A DNA stretch of 64,000 bases from an uncultured bacterium. Lineage in GTDB: Bacteria > Hydrothermota > Tepidihabitantia > SM23-42 > JAOAFX01. The translations under genes were made by a program, and so were the position numbers. The stretch covers positions 2,619-66,618 of the forward strand of contig CAZLGA010000003.1 in NCBI GenBank assembly GCA_964559225.1. The letters are read 5' to 3'. Positions 49,990 to 59,999 of this stretch are shown here, piece by piece. The notes under the pieces are model-generated. The model was not told the DNA's origin, searched no databases, and was given only the letters and a program-made list of their open reading frames with translations. Numbering within the stretch: position 1 is the stretch's first letter; every line of letters starts with the position of its first letter.

Positions 49990-50409
49990 ATGATAACCAA
50001 AGAATTCACTGCTATAGAATTTCCCAGGGTACTTTTATATATTGTTGATAATACTGACCAGGAAATATTCACACCCGCAATTCAATTTTGTAAATTATTC
50101 AAAAGTCAACTCTTTGTCCTATTTGTTCTTGAAGAACACCGAATCTCAAAATTGGCTTCCATAACTCACGAGAATATTGAATCGATAAAACAAAGGATTG
50201 AAGAAGAAGGTTGGGAAATGCTTTATCTTGTTGAGGATGAAGCTGTAGAAAATGGAGTACGAACATCTCTCCATATGGAAAATGGGCAGGTCCCCAAGGT
50301 GATTAAAAAATATCTAGAAAATTATAAGATTAATTTAATACTGGTTAAAAAACGCGAAGAGACAAAAAAAATTTTTGTCTCAGCAACCGTGCCAGTATTT
50401 GGGTTGTAA
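49990..50409 (+). CDS. Universal stress protein (UspA-like)
   Basis: RVLLYIVD...LFVLFVLE...GQVPKVI...INLILV...VPVFGL fits the USP alpha/beta pattern. Confidence 0.6.
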   Translation: MITKEFTAIEFPRVLLYIVDNTDQEIFTPAIQFCKLFKSQLFVLFVLEEHRISKLASITHENIESIKQRIEEEGWEMLYLVEDEAVENGVRTSLHMENGQVPKVIKKYLENYKINLILVKKREETKKIFVSATVPVFGL

Positions 50410-50425
50410 ACTAAAAGGAGGTGTA

Positions 50426-50887
50426 ATGGAATTAAAAATTTCAAACTTTCTCAAACCCGAGGCAGTTATTATGGAAATGAACGCCACAGAAAAATTGGCA
50501 GCGATAAAAGAACTGGTTGAATTTATGGTTGATAAAAATATCGCCCGCAACCGAGAGCAATTATTTGAAGCACTGGCAAAAAGAGAAAATCTTGAATCCA
50601 CCGGAATTGGAGATGGTATCGCAATTCCTCATGCCCGTACTGATTCAGTAGACGACCTTGTTCTTGTCTTTGCGCGTTCTTCAGCGGGTATTGATTTTTC
50701 ATCTATTGATGGGAAACCATCCCATATAATTTTTTTGATTGCCTCGCCGGAGAATAAAAAATCTGAATACATAATTGCACTGGCAAAACTTTCAAGACTT
50801 TTAAGGAAACTACCAGTCAGAGAACAATTGAAGAAAGCCAGCAATCCCCAGGAGGTTCTTGGTATAATCAAAAATAACGAAGAATAG
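50426..50887 (+). CDS. PTS IIA-Ntr/fructose-type domain protein
   Basis: RENLESTGIGDGIAIPHAR phospho-His motif; SD AGGAGGTG before ATG 50426. Confidence 0.88.
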   Translation: MELKISNFLKPEAVIMEMNATEKLAAIKELVEFMVDKNIARNREQLFEALAKRENLESTGIGDGIAIPHARTDSVDDLVLVFARSSAGIDFSSIDGKPSHIIFLIASPENKKSEYIIALAKLSRLLRKLPVREQLKKASNPQEVLGIIKNNEE

Positions 50888-50894
50888 AAGTTCT

Positions 50895-52175
50895 ATGCAT
50901 TTGGAATTAATCGTAAAAAGAACACTATGGTTATATGTTATTATAAGCAGTTTATTATTTTTTATTATACAGTCATTCGCAGATAAAATCCTGATTCCCA
51001 TGGATCTATCTCAGACCGACCACCTTAAAGCCTATGGCATTACCTACCACGCCCTGCAATATGGTATTACTGTGGAATGGTTACTCAATTATCGAGGTGG
51101 TTCTTTTCTTATGGATTATAGCTCGCGGATTGAAAAAGAATGTGCTTTTGAAGGTATTAGAATGGAAATAGTTAAACCGTCTCGCGTTTTGGAAATTTAT
51201 CAGACGATAGAAGAGAATAACATGGAATCAATCCTTTTGGAAAAAGCACCAAAGATAGCAGTCTATATTCCTGAAAATTTTGAACCCTGGGATGATGCAG
51301 TCACCCTCGCCCTCGAATATGCCAAGATTCCCTATGACCAGATTTGGGATGAAGATGTACTGAGGGGAAAACTTACAAAATACGATTGGCTACATTTGCA
51401 CCATGAAGACTTCACCGGGCAATATGGAAAATTTTACGCGGGATACCATAATACTGAATGGTATCAGGAAGAGGTGGAAAAAAACGAAACTCTGGCAAAA
51501 AAACTTGGATTCAAAAAAGTTTCTAAACTTAAACTTGCTGTAACACTTGCAATAAAAGAATACATAAATCAAGGAGGTTTTGTATTTTCGATGTGTTCTG
51601 CCTGTGATACTTGGGAGATAGCACTCGCCGCACAATTTACCGATATATGTCATAATGTTTTTGATGGGGACCCATTTGACTACAATGCCAATAATAAACT
51701 TGATTTTTCACAATGTCTCGCATTTGAAAATTTTCAGGTCATTCTTGACCCGCTTATATATGAACATTCGACAATAGATGTCACTATAGAAGCAGCCCGG
51801 CGAGGACCAAATACATATTTTTCGCTTTTTGATTTCAGTGCCAAGTTTGACCCTGTCCCGTGTATGCTCGTTCAAAATCATACTTCCTTAGTTAAAGAAT
51901 TCTTAGGGCAATGTTCAGGATTCCGAAGAAACACGCTTAAATCATCAGTCCTTGTGCTCGGCGAAGTTATAGGAACTGAGGGAGTCAAGTATATTCACGG
52001 AAATTTTGGTAAAGGAACATTCACTTATCTTGCAGGACATGATCCTGAAGATTACCAGCATTTTGTTGGTGACCCCCCAACAGATTTAAGAAATTATAAA
52101 AACTCACCAGGATATCGTTTAATTCTCAATAATGTTCTCTTTCCGGCAGCGCGAAAAAAGGAGTTAAAAACATAA
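50895..52175 (+). CDS. Conserved secreted protein of unknown function (FCB-type family)
   Basis: Signal peptide; LIPMD...HLKAYG, WLLNYRGGSF, WDDAV, WLHLHHEDFTGQYGKF, GHDPEDYQH, NSPGYRLILNN. Confidence 0.6.
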   Translation: MHLELIVKRTLWLYVIISSLLFFIIQSFADKILIPMDLSQTDHLKAYGITYHALQYGITVEWLLNYRGGSFLMDYSSRIEKECAFEGIRMEIVKPSRVLEIYQTIEENNMESILLEKAPKIAVYIPENFEPWDDAVTLALEYAKIPYDQIWDEDVLRGKLTKYDWLHLHHEDFTGQYGKFYAGYHNTEWYQEEVEKNETLAKKLGFKKVSKLKLAVTLAIKEYINQGGFVFSMCSACDTWEIALAAQFTDICHNVFDGDPFDYNANNKLDFSQCLAFENFQVILDPLIYEHSTIDVTIEAARRGPNTYFSLFDFSAKFDPVPCMLVQNHTSLVKEFLGQCSGFRRNTLKSSVLVLGEVIGTEGVKYIHGNFGKGTFTYLAGHDPEDYQHFVGDPPTDLRNYKNSPGYRLILNNVLFPAARKKELKT

Positions 52176-52702
52176 ATAAATCACGATTATCAATCCCTTT
52201 GATTGAAATCAAAGAAAAGGAAATATTGGTATTTGATAATTTAGCGGAAAGAGAATTAGATTTTGCTGCGAATCGATACTTTGGCAATTTAAATATCATA
52301 AATGCCCGGATAGTTCTTACCAGAAAGGCCCTTGGTGTGAGTGCGGATTTCAGTGTTCAATTCAGTGCTGAACTTGTCTGCTCAAGATGTCTCATTACCT
52401 TCAGGCAGAAATTTAATGAATCTTTACATCTTGATTATATTGCTGGCAGGGACCCTCTTTTATCATCAGAAAAAGTTGAATTAAAATCCGGCGACATAGA
52501 TAAAGTATATTATAACGGTCCAGATATTGACCTCAGCATTGGAATTAGAGAAACAATCATTCTTGCTATTCCATCCGCACCTTTATGTGATAAAAAGTGT
52601 AAAGGCATTTGTCCAATCTGCGGGAAGAATTTGAATAATGAAAAATGCAACTGTAAAATTATCAATTCTGGTTTGTTCACACCAAAAACAAAGAATGTTT
52701 AG
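52172..52702 (+). CDS. yceD: YceD/DUF177 metal-binding protein
   Basis: CSRCL and CDKKCKGICPICGKNLN...CNC; start proposed at ATA 52172 (ORF track gives TTG 52199). Confidence 0.85.
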   Translation: MNKSRLSIPLIEIKEKEILVFDNLAERELDFAANRYFGNLNIINARIVLTRKALGVSADFSVQFSAELVCSRCLITFRQKFNESLHLDYIAGRDPLLSSEKVELKSGDIDKVYYNGPDIDLSIGIRETIILAIPSAPLCDKKCKGICPICGKNLNNEKCNCKIINSGLFTPKTKNV

Positions 52703-54107
52703 TCTTCTTATATTCAGCATTCTTTCGTTTGACACAATACTCAATGTTTCGGAACTAAAAAATGCCCATTATGGAATCTTGATTTTAGATTTAAAGAAAG
52801 ATAGCATTATTTACAATCACAATGGAGAAAAGTTATTGGTGCCCGCCTCAAATATGAAAATTATTACGACTGCAGCATCGCTATATTTTCTTGGCAGAGA
52901 ATTCCGATACAAAACGAGTCTTTATATGAGGGGCACAATAAAAGAAAAGAAATTGTATGGAGATATTATTGTGCAAGGGGGTGGTGACCCTTATTTCAAT
53001 CTTGAAAATCTGGAAAGGTTTGTGAATAAAATAAAATCTCTGGGAATCAATCAAATAAGTGGTGCGATACTTGTCATTGATGATTATTTCACTGATGAAA
53101 GACTACCGGCGGGTTGGTCCTGGCATTATCTTGATGCAAAATACGCACCTGAAATAAGTGCCCTCTCATTTAACAAAAATGTCGTATCAGTAAGGATACG
53201 TCCAACAAATGTTGGGGAATTAGCAAATGTTTATTTATATCCAACCACAGGTTATGTGAATTTGATCAATCGTATGATGACAACGGCTAATTCAGAAAAC
53301 ATAATCATTTACCGAAAACCCGAGGAAAATACTATTATAGTTGATGGGTTGATACATATTAAAAATGCAATGGACATCAATGTGGCGGTTAAAAATCCAG
53401 CAATGTTTGCCGGCGAATATCTAAAAGAAAGGCTGACTGCCAGTAGTATAAAGGTCTCAAATCCTGTCTCAAGAATAAGAACTTATGAATTATTCATAAA
53501 TCCCACACCGCCGATTTTGATTGATTCAATCCTTTCCCCGGTTCTAACAGAATTAATAAAAGAAACAAATACGGAAAGCGAAAATCTTTATGCAGAAATT
53601 TTATTAAAAACACTGGGTGCACATAGATACAAAGAAGGAAGTTTTAATGCTGGTCTAAAGGCAGTAAAAGAATTTCTAAATATTTGTGGGGTAGATACAC
53701 AGAACATCTCTATTTGGGATGGTTCAGGACTTTCAAAGAATAACCTTATATCACCTGCAACATTGATTGCGGTTCTCAAATTTATGTATAATAGTGACCT
53801 TTTTGAAGATTTTTACAATTCACTACCAGGACCTGGTAAAGGAACACTGAAAGCACGTTTTAATGGCTTTTCTGATACGCTGAAAGCAAAGACCGGAGCA
53901 ATCCAGTCAAGTTCCTGTTTAAGCGGTTATCTTAATATCAACCAACAGGATTATGCGTTTTCAATGCTATTCAACAATTTTACCTGTCCAACAAGAAAAA
54001 TTTCACAAATTCAAGAAAAGATTATTCGTTCATTTGTTGAAGAAGTGCACAAATTAAATGAACATAATACAAGTTTGTTAGACCCGGTGGAGGTTATAAG
54101 ACAATGA
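52695..54107 (+). CDS. dacB: D-Ala-D-Ala carboxypeptidase/endopeptidase (PBP4, S13)
   Basis: PASNMK (SxxK), SENLYAE (SxN), DGSGLS, AKTG; signal peptide from ATG 52695. Confidence 0.9.
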   Translation: MFSLLIFSILSFDTILNVSELKNAHYGILILDLKKDSIIYNHNGEKLLVPASNMKIITTAASLYFLGREFRYKTSLYMRGTIKEKKLYGDIIVQGGGDPYFNLENLERFVNKIKSLGINQISGAILVIDDYFTDERLPAGWSWHYLDAKYAPEISALSFNKNVVSVRIRPTNVGELANVYLYPTTGYVNLINRMMTTANSENIIIYRKPEENTIIVDGLIHIKNAMDINVAVKNPAMFAGEYLKERLTASSIKVSNPVSRIRTYELFINPTPPILIDSILSPVLTELIKETNTESENLYAEILLKTLGAHRYKEGSFNAGLKAVKEFLNICGVDTQNISIWDGSGLSKNNLISPATLIAVLKFMYNSDLFEDFYNSLPGPGKGTLKARFNGFSDTLKAKTGAIQSSSCLSGYLNINQQDYAFSMLFNNFTCPTRKISQIQEKIIRSFVEEVHKLNEHNTSLLDPVEVIRQ

Positions 54108-54235
54108 TAGACTTCAAAAGAAAGCATCGCATCATTCCTCCGCGGAAACATTACCAGCCGATGAGATTTGTGGGGTTGGGCTTAATACTGATGCTGGTGA
54201 TAATATTTATTCTCTTTAAACTTATTGTTAAATAA
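54104..54235 (+). CDS. Small 43-aa single-TM protein (below ORF-track cutoff)
   Basis: MIDFKRKHRIIPPRKHYQPMRFVGLGLILMLVIIFILFKLIVK; GGAGG SD and ATGA overlap with dacB stop. Confidence 0.55.
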   Translation: MIDFKRKHRIIPPRKHYQPMRFVGLGLILMLVIIFILFKLIVK

Positions 54236-54271
54236 ACAATTCGCCACTGCCTTTTTTGACTGAAAAGAGAA

Positions 54272-54436
54272 CTACCTGCGCCGACGCAGGAACCTCAGAA
54301 GAACTATAAGTCCAATGGCTACAAATATTATGGGCCAGTCACGATAAAAGGAAAAACGAAAGCCATAATTAGAAGCCCATATCCAGACTCCAATGATAAT
54401 CAAAAATACTGCCCAAAATAGACCACAACCCATCAT
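54272..54436 (-). CDS. Small LiaI/LiaF-TM-like (DUF5668-like) membrane protein, 54 aa
   Basis: MMGCGLFWAVFLIIIGVWIWASNYG...RDWPIIFVAIGL; SD GGAGGT. Confidence 0.7.
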   Translation of the reverse strand: MMGCGLFWAVFLIIIGVWIWASNYGFRFSFYRDWPIIFVAIGLIVLLRFLRRRR

Positions 54437-54452
54437 ACCTCCACTTTGGTTT

Positions 54453-55241
54453 TTAAGACTTTTTTTCTACGCTTACATCACCATAACGATTATTTATCGT
54501 TATCTTGGATTTTGGAGCATTTAAAATCCCTTTTAGATAATTTGCTTTCTTGATTTCGTCTTTCAAGGGAAAATCACAATCTATATCTCCGCTCATACTT
54601 GATATTTCAATTTCTGCCTCAATTTTGTCGCTTAGTATCAAAACTACATCTCCAGACCGCGCCTTTATCTCTATCACATCTACTCTTTGATATTCCAGTT
54701 CAACATCACCTGAAACAAGTTCACCAACGAAACTTCCACTTAATCTTTTGCCCGTGATATCCCCTGATACCGAGAGAATTTCAATTTTACCATCTATATT
54801 ATCCAGCGTTAGGTCTCCCGACACGCCTTTTATTTCAATATCAATATTCTTTGGAACATCTATTTTTATATCTCCGCTGATTGTTTTAATCAATAATGTA
54901 TTATTGTCTTCGAAAATTCTGGCTATTCCGTTTTTTTCTATAGTAAATTCATTAACATCCTTACCATTTATTACAAGATTACCGCTTATCCCTTTGAACT
55001 CGAGTTTTTTCTTACCCGGGAGATTCATCTTTTCAGCTGTGGTATGGTCTTTAAAGGAAGTACTGAAAACTGCACCCATCATATCTGAGATTATATCAAA
55101 GAACGATCCCATTCCCTGCCCCAAAAAACCGCGTCTTTTCTTTGATTCAGAATCCCTGAGCGCCTCCAAGAGCCTTGCTGCTTCTTCCGCTGTTATTTTA
55201 CCCTCTTCAAGGAGTTTCAATATCTTCATTTGCTCACTCAA
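54453..55241 (-). CDS. SHOCT-like plus DUF4097 beta-strand-repeat protein
   Basis: KILKLLEEGKITAEEAARLLEAL; repeated xSGDx strands; start TTG 55241 after GGAGGTG. Confidence 0.8.
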   Translation of the reverse strand: MSEQMKILKLLEEGKITAEEAARLLEALRDSESKKRRGFLGQGMGSFFDIISDMMGAVFSTSFKDHTTAEKMNLPGKKKLEFKGISGNLVINGKDVNEFTIEKNGIARIFEDNNTLLIKTISGDIKIDVPKNIDIEIKGVSGDLTLDNIDGKIEILSVSGDITGKRLSGSFVGELVSGDVELEYQRVDVIEIKARSGDVVLILSDKIEAEIEISSMSGDIDCDFPLKDEIKKANYLKGILNAPKSKITINNRYGDVSVEKKS

Positions 55242-55629
55242 TATACACCTCCACCCTTTCATGTTTTTCCGAATCATCAACCTCAACAAGGGTGAATTTT
55301 CCATCTTCACCAATTTCACTGAGAATCTTATCAATCAACTCTGGAGTAAATTCATCAATTTTGAATTCCTTGCCCTTTATGTTCATCTTAAACCCTTCTG
55401 GAGCAAATCCCTGTATTGTAGCCCCGAGTTTTAGAAATAGTTTCAAGGCACCGATTGGAATATCTACCTTCACTTTTGGCTTTTCTTTATCCTTCTCAAA
55501 GACGCGCACCTTTAAAAATCGTGTCTTTTCTGAAACATCTTTTAAGGCACTGATAAGCCTTTCAGCCTCTTCTGGTTTTATCTTACCTTCAGCAACCATA
55601 TTTAAAATCTTTATTCTTTCTTCAGACAT
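55234..55629 (-). CDS. SHOCT-like domain protein (YvlB-like N-terminus)
   Basis: MSEERIKILNMVAEGKIKPEEAERLISAL...KVKVDIP. Confidence 0.7.
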   Translation of the reverse strand: MSEERIKILNMVAEGKIKPEEAERLISALKDVSEKTRFLKVRVFEKDKEKPKVKVDIPIGALKLFLKLGATIQGFAPEGFKMNIKGKEFKIDEFTPELIDKILSEIGEDGKFTLVEVDDSEKHERVEVYIE

Positions 55630-55643
55630 TATAACCTCCTATT

Positions 55644-55823
55644 TTATTTTCTTCTTTTTTTTATTAATATCTTAATCAACCGGAATATTCCAAACAAAAC
55701 AATTATCAAAGGCCAATCCTTACGCCAGTTCATATGAAACAAGCCGAGATTTGAAAGCCATAACAATAACCCTATACTAATCATAAAAATAGCATCTAAG
55801 GCTGGCAGTATAAAAGATTTTAT
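55644..55823 (-). CDS. Small DUF5668-like membrane protein, 59 aa, proposed ATA start
   Basis: (M)KSFILPALDAIFMISIGLLLWLSNLG...RKDWPLIIVLFG; aligns with 54272-54436. Confidence 0.65.
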   Translation of the reverse strand: MKSFILPALDAIFMISIGLLLWLSNLGLFHMNWRKDWPLIIVLFGIFRLIKILIKKRRK

Positions 55824-56188
55824 TTTACACCTCCTTTTCTTCTACTTTTCAAAATGGCGATTGCTTCATCAACTGTCAATTTTCCTTCTGCAATACCGTC
55901 TATCGGATCAATGGTTGCTTCATAGGATTTTAGATTTAGACTATTCAACAATTTCTCAATCTTTGATTTGATGGTGGGATATGAAATATCTAATATCTTC
56001 TCAATATCCGTTATCTTTCCTTCGGTCATTAAAAATATTTTTAAGAATTCGTAGTCTTCCTCAGGTAATTGGCAGAATTCGCAAGGCGGTAAATCTTTTT
56101 TAACCCTTAAATCACAGTTTTTACATCTGAGTTCACTTATGACCATTTTTCCGCCACATAGTGGGCAATTTTTAATTTTTTTAATCAT
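55820..56188 (-). CDS. DUF2089 family zinc-ribbon/HTH protein
   Basis: CPLCGG...LRCKNC...FCQL...ISYPTIKSKI; promoter TTGACA-N16-TATAAT ends 7 nt before ATG. Confidence 0.85.
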   Translation of the reverse strand: MIKKIKNCPLCGGKMVISELRCKNCDLRVKKDLPPCEFCQLPEEDYEFLKIFLMTEGKITDIEKILDISYPTIKSKIEKLLNSLNLKSYEATIDPIDGIAEGKLTVDEAIAILKSRRKGGVK

Positions 56189-56306
56189 ACAATATATTAT
56201 AATTAAATTTTTTAATTTGTCAAGGGGTAAAATGAATAAAATTTAAATTATGATTATTTTGCAATCAAATATATCTGTGCTATCGCTTGATGGTTTTGAG
56301 CAAAAT

Positions 56307-56662
56307 TGGTGGAGGCGGCGGGCATCGAACCCGCGTCCAGAGTGCTTCAGTGAAGAAGACTACATACTTAGTCCCTTTATGAATCTCCCCTGACCTTTAC
56401 CAAGAGACAGGTTGGTCAGGGCAAGCCTTTTAGAAAGACCCTTATCACACCCAAAGGCTAAGGAGTGACAGGGCTTTGCCCTTTATGACGCCTGTTCCAG
56501 GTCGGGCACATCCTGGACAGACGTGGCTACAATATTTTATGCAGCCAGTGCGTATCCTGTATTTGCAGGATGTTTTTTTCTCATGGTCGGATTAACGAGG
56601 TGGCCAGGACCCTCGGTATGCCCTCTTTCACCCCATTCACCCTGTCAAAACCATTCGCCCCC
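56307..56662 (-). ncRNA. ssrA: tmRNA; tag peptide (A)ANTGYALAA
   Basis: 5' GGGGGCGAATGGTTTTGAC, 3' GGTTCGATGCCCGCCGCCTCCACCA; tag frame 56566-56537; promoter TTGACA-N16-TATAAT. Confidence 0.93.
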
Positions 56663-56734
56663 AATTGTTTAGACAATCTTTCTTTTTAATTATATTATAT
56701 CTTGATTTTCAGCGCTGTCAAGAGGGGCACTGAA

Positions 56735-57679
56735 TCATTTGCCCATTTGTAATAGTGGTATAAAATTTTTATCATATGGGGCAATGACAATGGTATTATT
56801 AGGAGAAGTATAAAGGTGCTGGAGATTCTCAAGATATTTCCAGGAAAGATATGCCCTGCCCCGGTCTCCAACGAGTGACTGTGCAATAATCTGCTGTGCC
56901 TCAGATATTCCGCTTGCCTCTATCTTTTTCCTCTCTGCCTCTTTCTTTTCTTTCAGTAAAACAAACTCCATCTTCTGGGCTTCCTGCTCAGCCTCAAGTT
57001 TTGCCTCAATTGCATTTTTAACCTTTGCTGGAAGACTGATATTCCTCAATAGCACCCGCTCAAGGACGATTCCCCTTTTATTAAAATCTTCGGCGAGTTG
57101 TTTTTCAATCTCTTCTTCCAGTTCCTTTCTCCTCTCTGCATATATCTCAATTGCCTGATAATTTGAAGTCGTATTCCTTATTGCAGTGCGTGCAGCAGGA
57201 CGGACAATCTTTTCTATATAATCAGGCCCAATTTTCTGAAACACAATTGCTGCCTCCTCAGGATTTAAATGATACCAGACCGTTAAATCCATCTTCACCT
57301 CAAGGCCATCCTTTGTTAGTGCTGTAATTGCATCATCACCCTTTACCTGTCCTTCTTCATATGCAATTGACATCGTGTAAGCCTGAGTTCTGATACTCAT
57401 AATGTGTAGGTCAACAAAGGGATTTACAATATTTAGACCCTCAGCAAGGGTTGCCTTTGTTAAAACTCTACCGAATAATATCTGAATACCCACTGAACCC
57501 GGTGGCACAATCCTAAGCAATGAAAAAAATACCAACAAACCACCAATGATACCTAAACCCAAAGTTACATAGTTCCGTATCTTCAATTTATTATCGATCC
57601 TCCGATCCTCACCTGTTACTTTATATAAAGACCGAAAAACAAAGAGACCGATGATGAGTAATAATCCAAGAATGAACAT
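56735..57679 (-). CDS. SPFH/prohibitin family membrane protein
   Basis: Two N-terminal TMs, VPPGSVG, EGLNIVNPF, LTKDGL, VLLRNISLP, coiled coil AIEAKLEAEQEA. Confidence 0.88.
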   Translation of the reverse strand: MFILGLLLIIGLFVFRSLYKVTGEDRRIDNKLKIRNYVTLGLGIIGGLLVFFSLLRIVPPGSVGIQILFGRVLTKATLAEGLNIVNPFVDLHIMSIRTQAYTMSIAYEEGQVKGDDAITALTKDGLEVKMDLTVWYHLNPEEAAIVFQKIGPDYIEKIVRPAARTAIRNTTSNYQAIEIYAERRKELEEEIEKQLAEDFNKRGIVLERVLLRNISLPAKVKNAIEAKLEAEQEAQKMEFVLLKEKKEAERKKIEASGISEAQQIIAQSLVGDRGRAYLSWKYLENLQHLYTSPNNTIVIAPYDKNFIPLLQMGK

Positions 57680-57774
57680 AAAACCTCCTTTCTAAAGATT
57701 ATACACACTATTCCAACATAATCAAGGTAGAGCGTGTACTTGCTTTTTTTAATATAATTAGGTATACTGATTAT

Positions 57775-58342
57775 ATGAGCAACGAAAACGAGTTGATTAA
57801 AGGGGTTATAGATGGCGATGAAAAATTTTGTGAGAAAATCTTGAATCTTTATAAAGGGCGGATATTCAGTTATGTATTAAGGCTCGTTAAAAATTACGAT
57901 GATGCTGAAGAAATAACATTTGAAGCCTTTATTAAATTTTTTAAAAGTATCAAAACATTTGATATCAATAAACCTATTGGAACCTATCTTTTTACCATCG
58001 CCCATAATCTTGTGATCGATTTTTTTAGAAAAAAATAAAGTTGATTATGAATATCTTGATGAAAGGCATTCAATTCGTGAAGATTTTATTGAAAAATATG
58101 AAAAAGAAAGAATTATGCATGCCATTGAAGAAGCAATACAAAAATTAGCACCTTTAGACCGTGAGATAGTTGTTCTTTTTCATAAAGAAAATTTATCCTA
58201 TCAGGAAATGAGTAAAATTTTAGATTTACCAATCACCACAATAAAAACAAGATTACATCGTGCACGAATTAAATTGAAAGAAATATTAAAGAACAAATAT
58301 AGCCGTAATAAAATATCAGATATTGACGAGAATAAATTTTGA
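57775..58342 (+). pseudogene. ECF sigma factor interrupted by a frameshift at an A7 run (58029-58035)
   Basis: Region 2 (DAEEITFEAF, YLFTIAHNLVIDFFRK) in 57775-58038; region 4 (LSYQEMSKIL...TIKTRLHRAR) in the +1 frame. Confidence 0.8.
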
Positions 58343-58355
58343 GTTATAATAAACT

Positions 58356-59852
58356 ATGGAAAATATCATAAGAAAAATTGGTAGAGAGCAACTTGAGATT
58401 CTTTTTGAAATGACCAGTTCTCTCAGTTCTACCCTGGAACTCTCAAAAATTCTTGATATCATCATTGAAAGTGCCAAAAACCTTCTTAAGGCAGAAGCAA
58501 GTTCTCTTTTATTGCTTGATGAAACAACAAATGAATTATATTTTGCAAGTGTTACCGGCGAAGTATCTGAAAGGTTGAAGAATCTAACTGTTCCACTTGA
58601 CAAAGGTATTGCCGGTGCCTGTGTGCGTGAAGGTAGACCAAAGATAGTAAATGATACAACTAAAGATAAAGATTTCTATTCAAAGATTGATAAATCAACC
58701 GGCTTTGTTACGCGTTCAATAATTGCCGCGCCATTAAAGATTACGGGAAAAACAATCGGTGTAATTGAAGTATTAAATAAAAAAGACCATCAGGAATGGA
58801 CAGAAGAAGATAAAGATTTAATAATGCTCATTGCTTATCAGGCAGCACAGGTCATTCAAAATGCACAAAACCATTTAAGAATCCATGAATATAAGGAGTT
58901 ACTCAAAGATGAAATTGATTCAAGATATGCACTCATTGGGAGAAGTGAACAGTTTAAAAATGTGCTAAATCTTGCGGAAAAGGTTGCTTCTGCCAACACA
59001 TCGGTTTTGATTTTGGGTGAAAATGGCACTGGGAAAGAATTGATTGCGCGCTATATTCACCGTTTAAGTCCGAGACGGGACAAACCATTCATTGCGGTCA
59101 GTTGTGCTGCAATACCATCCACGCTCTTGGAAAGCGAACTGTTCGGTTATGAAAAAGGCGCATTTACTGGAGCATTAACCCTACACAAGGGCAGGTTTGA
59201 ACTCGCAAATCAGGGCACGATATTCCTCGATGAAATCGGTGATATGCTTCCTGAAACACAGAGTAAACTCTTAAGAGTATTACAGGAAAAAGAGTTTGAA
59301 CGACTTGGTGGAACAAAGACAATAAAGGTTGATGTACGGGTCATTGCGGCAACAAATCAAAATCTTGAAGAAAAGATTAAACAAAAGTTATTTAGAGAAG
59401 ATCTATTTTATCGTTTAAATGTTTTTCCTATATATATTCCACCTTTGAGAGACCGAAAAGATGATATTATAATAATTGCCGAACATTATCTAAGTTATTA
59501 TTCAAAACAAATGAATAAAGATATAAAAAAATTCTCAGATGAAGTTATTGAAAGAATGATAAATTATCCCTGGCCCGGCAATGTTCGTGAACTCCAGAAT
59601 GTAATTGAAAGGGCAGTAGTGCTGACTAACAGCGATACGATAAAATCTGATGCATTAATGCTTCCCTCAGAACCAATTGAACTACCACTAACCTATGACA
59701 AAAGTCTGAAAGAAGCTATAGATGAGTTCAAGATGAAGTATATAAAAGAAACGATCAAAAAATGTGGTGGCAATCAAAGAAAAGCAAGCAAAATTTTAAA
59801 GATTCAGCCAACATATCTATCAAGATTACTCCATAAAAAAACACAGCCATAA
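58356..59852 (+). CDS. GAF - sigma54 enhancer-binding AAA+ - HTH protein
   Basis: GAF domain, [41 protein letters not shown], Fis-type HTH. Confidence 0.92.
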   Translation: MENIIRKIGREQLEILFEMTSSLSSTLELSKILDIIIESAKNLLKAEASSLLLLDETTNELYFASVTGEVSERLKNLTVPLDKGIAGACVREGRPKIVNDTTKDKDFYSKIDKSTGFVTRSIIAAPLKITGKTIGVIEVLNKKDHQEWTEEDKDLIMLIAYQAAQVIQNAQNHLRIHEYKELLKDEIDSRYALIGRSEQFKNVLNLAEKVASANTSVLILGENGTGKELIARYIHRLSPRRDKPFIAVSCAAIPSTLLESELFGYEKGAFTGALTLHKGRFELANQGTIFLDEIGDMLPETQSKLLRVLQEKEFERLGGTKTIKVDVRVIAATNQNLEEKIKQKLFREDLFYRLNVFPIYIPPLRDRKDDIIIIAEHYLSYYSKQMNKDIKKFSDEVIERMINYPWPGNVRELQNVIERAVVLTNSDTIKSDALMLPSEPIELPLTYDKSLKEAIDEFKMKYIKETIKKCGGNQRKASKILKIQPTYLSRLLHKKTQP

Positions 59853-59961
59853 TTTGCACTACAAAAAAACTGATGTCACTTCATTTACTGAGGTTTTACG
59901 CGGTAGCACAAGCCGAAATTCTGCATGGCAGTTTACCCTTGCATTTTTGAAAAATACTACT

Positions 59962-59984
59962 GGGACAGGGATAAACCCTGTCCC
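59962..59984. terminator. Hairpin between convergent genes
   Basis: GGGACAGGG-ATAAA-CCCTGTCCC. Confidence 0.65.
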
Positions 59985-59999
59985 TTGATATTTCTTATC

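Noticed and set aside
50895-52175. Asparagine synthetase B label that I recall for similar proteins
   Set aside because: No N-terminal Cys glutaminase or SGGLDS-type ATP motif, and it has a signal peptide
10273-55334. Longest-ORF starts at 10273, 30169, 33673, 33772, 36821, 39211, 50375, 52638 and 55334
   Set aside because: They lie upstream of or inside promoters or neighbouring genes; downstream starts have SD, leaderless geometry or signal-peptide support
59926-59943. sigma54 promoter TGGCA...TTGCA after the enhancer-binding protein gene
   Set aside because: GG-to-GC spacing is 12 nt rather than the required 10
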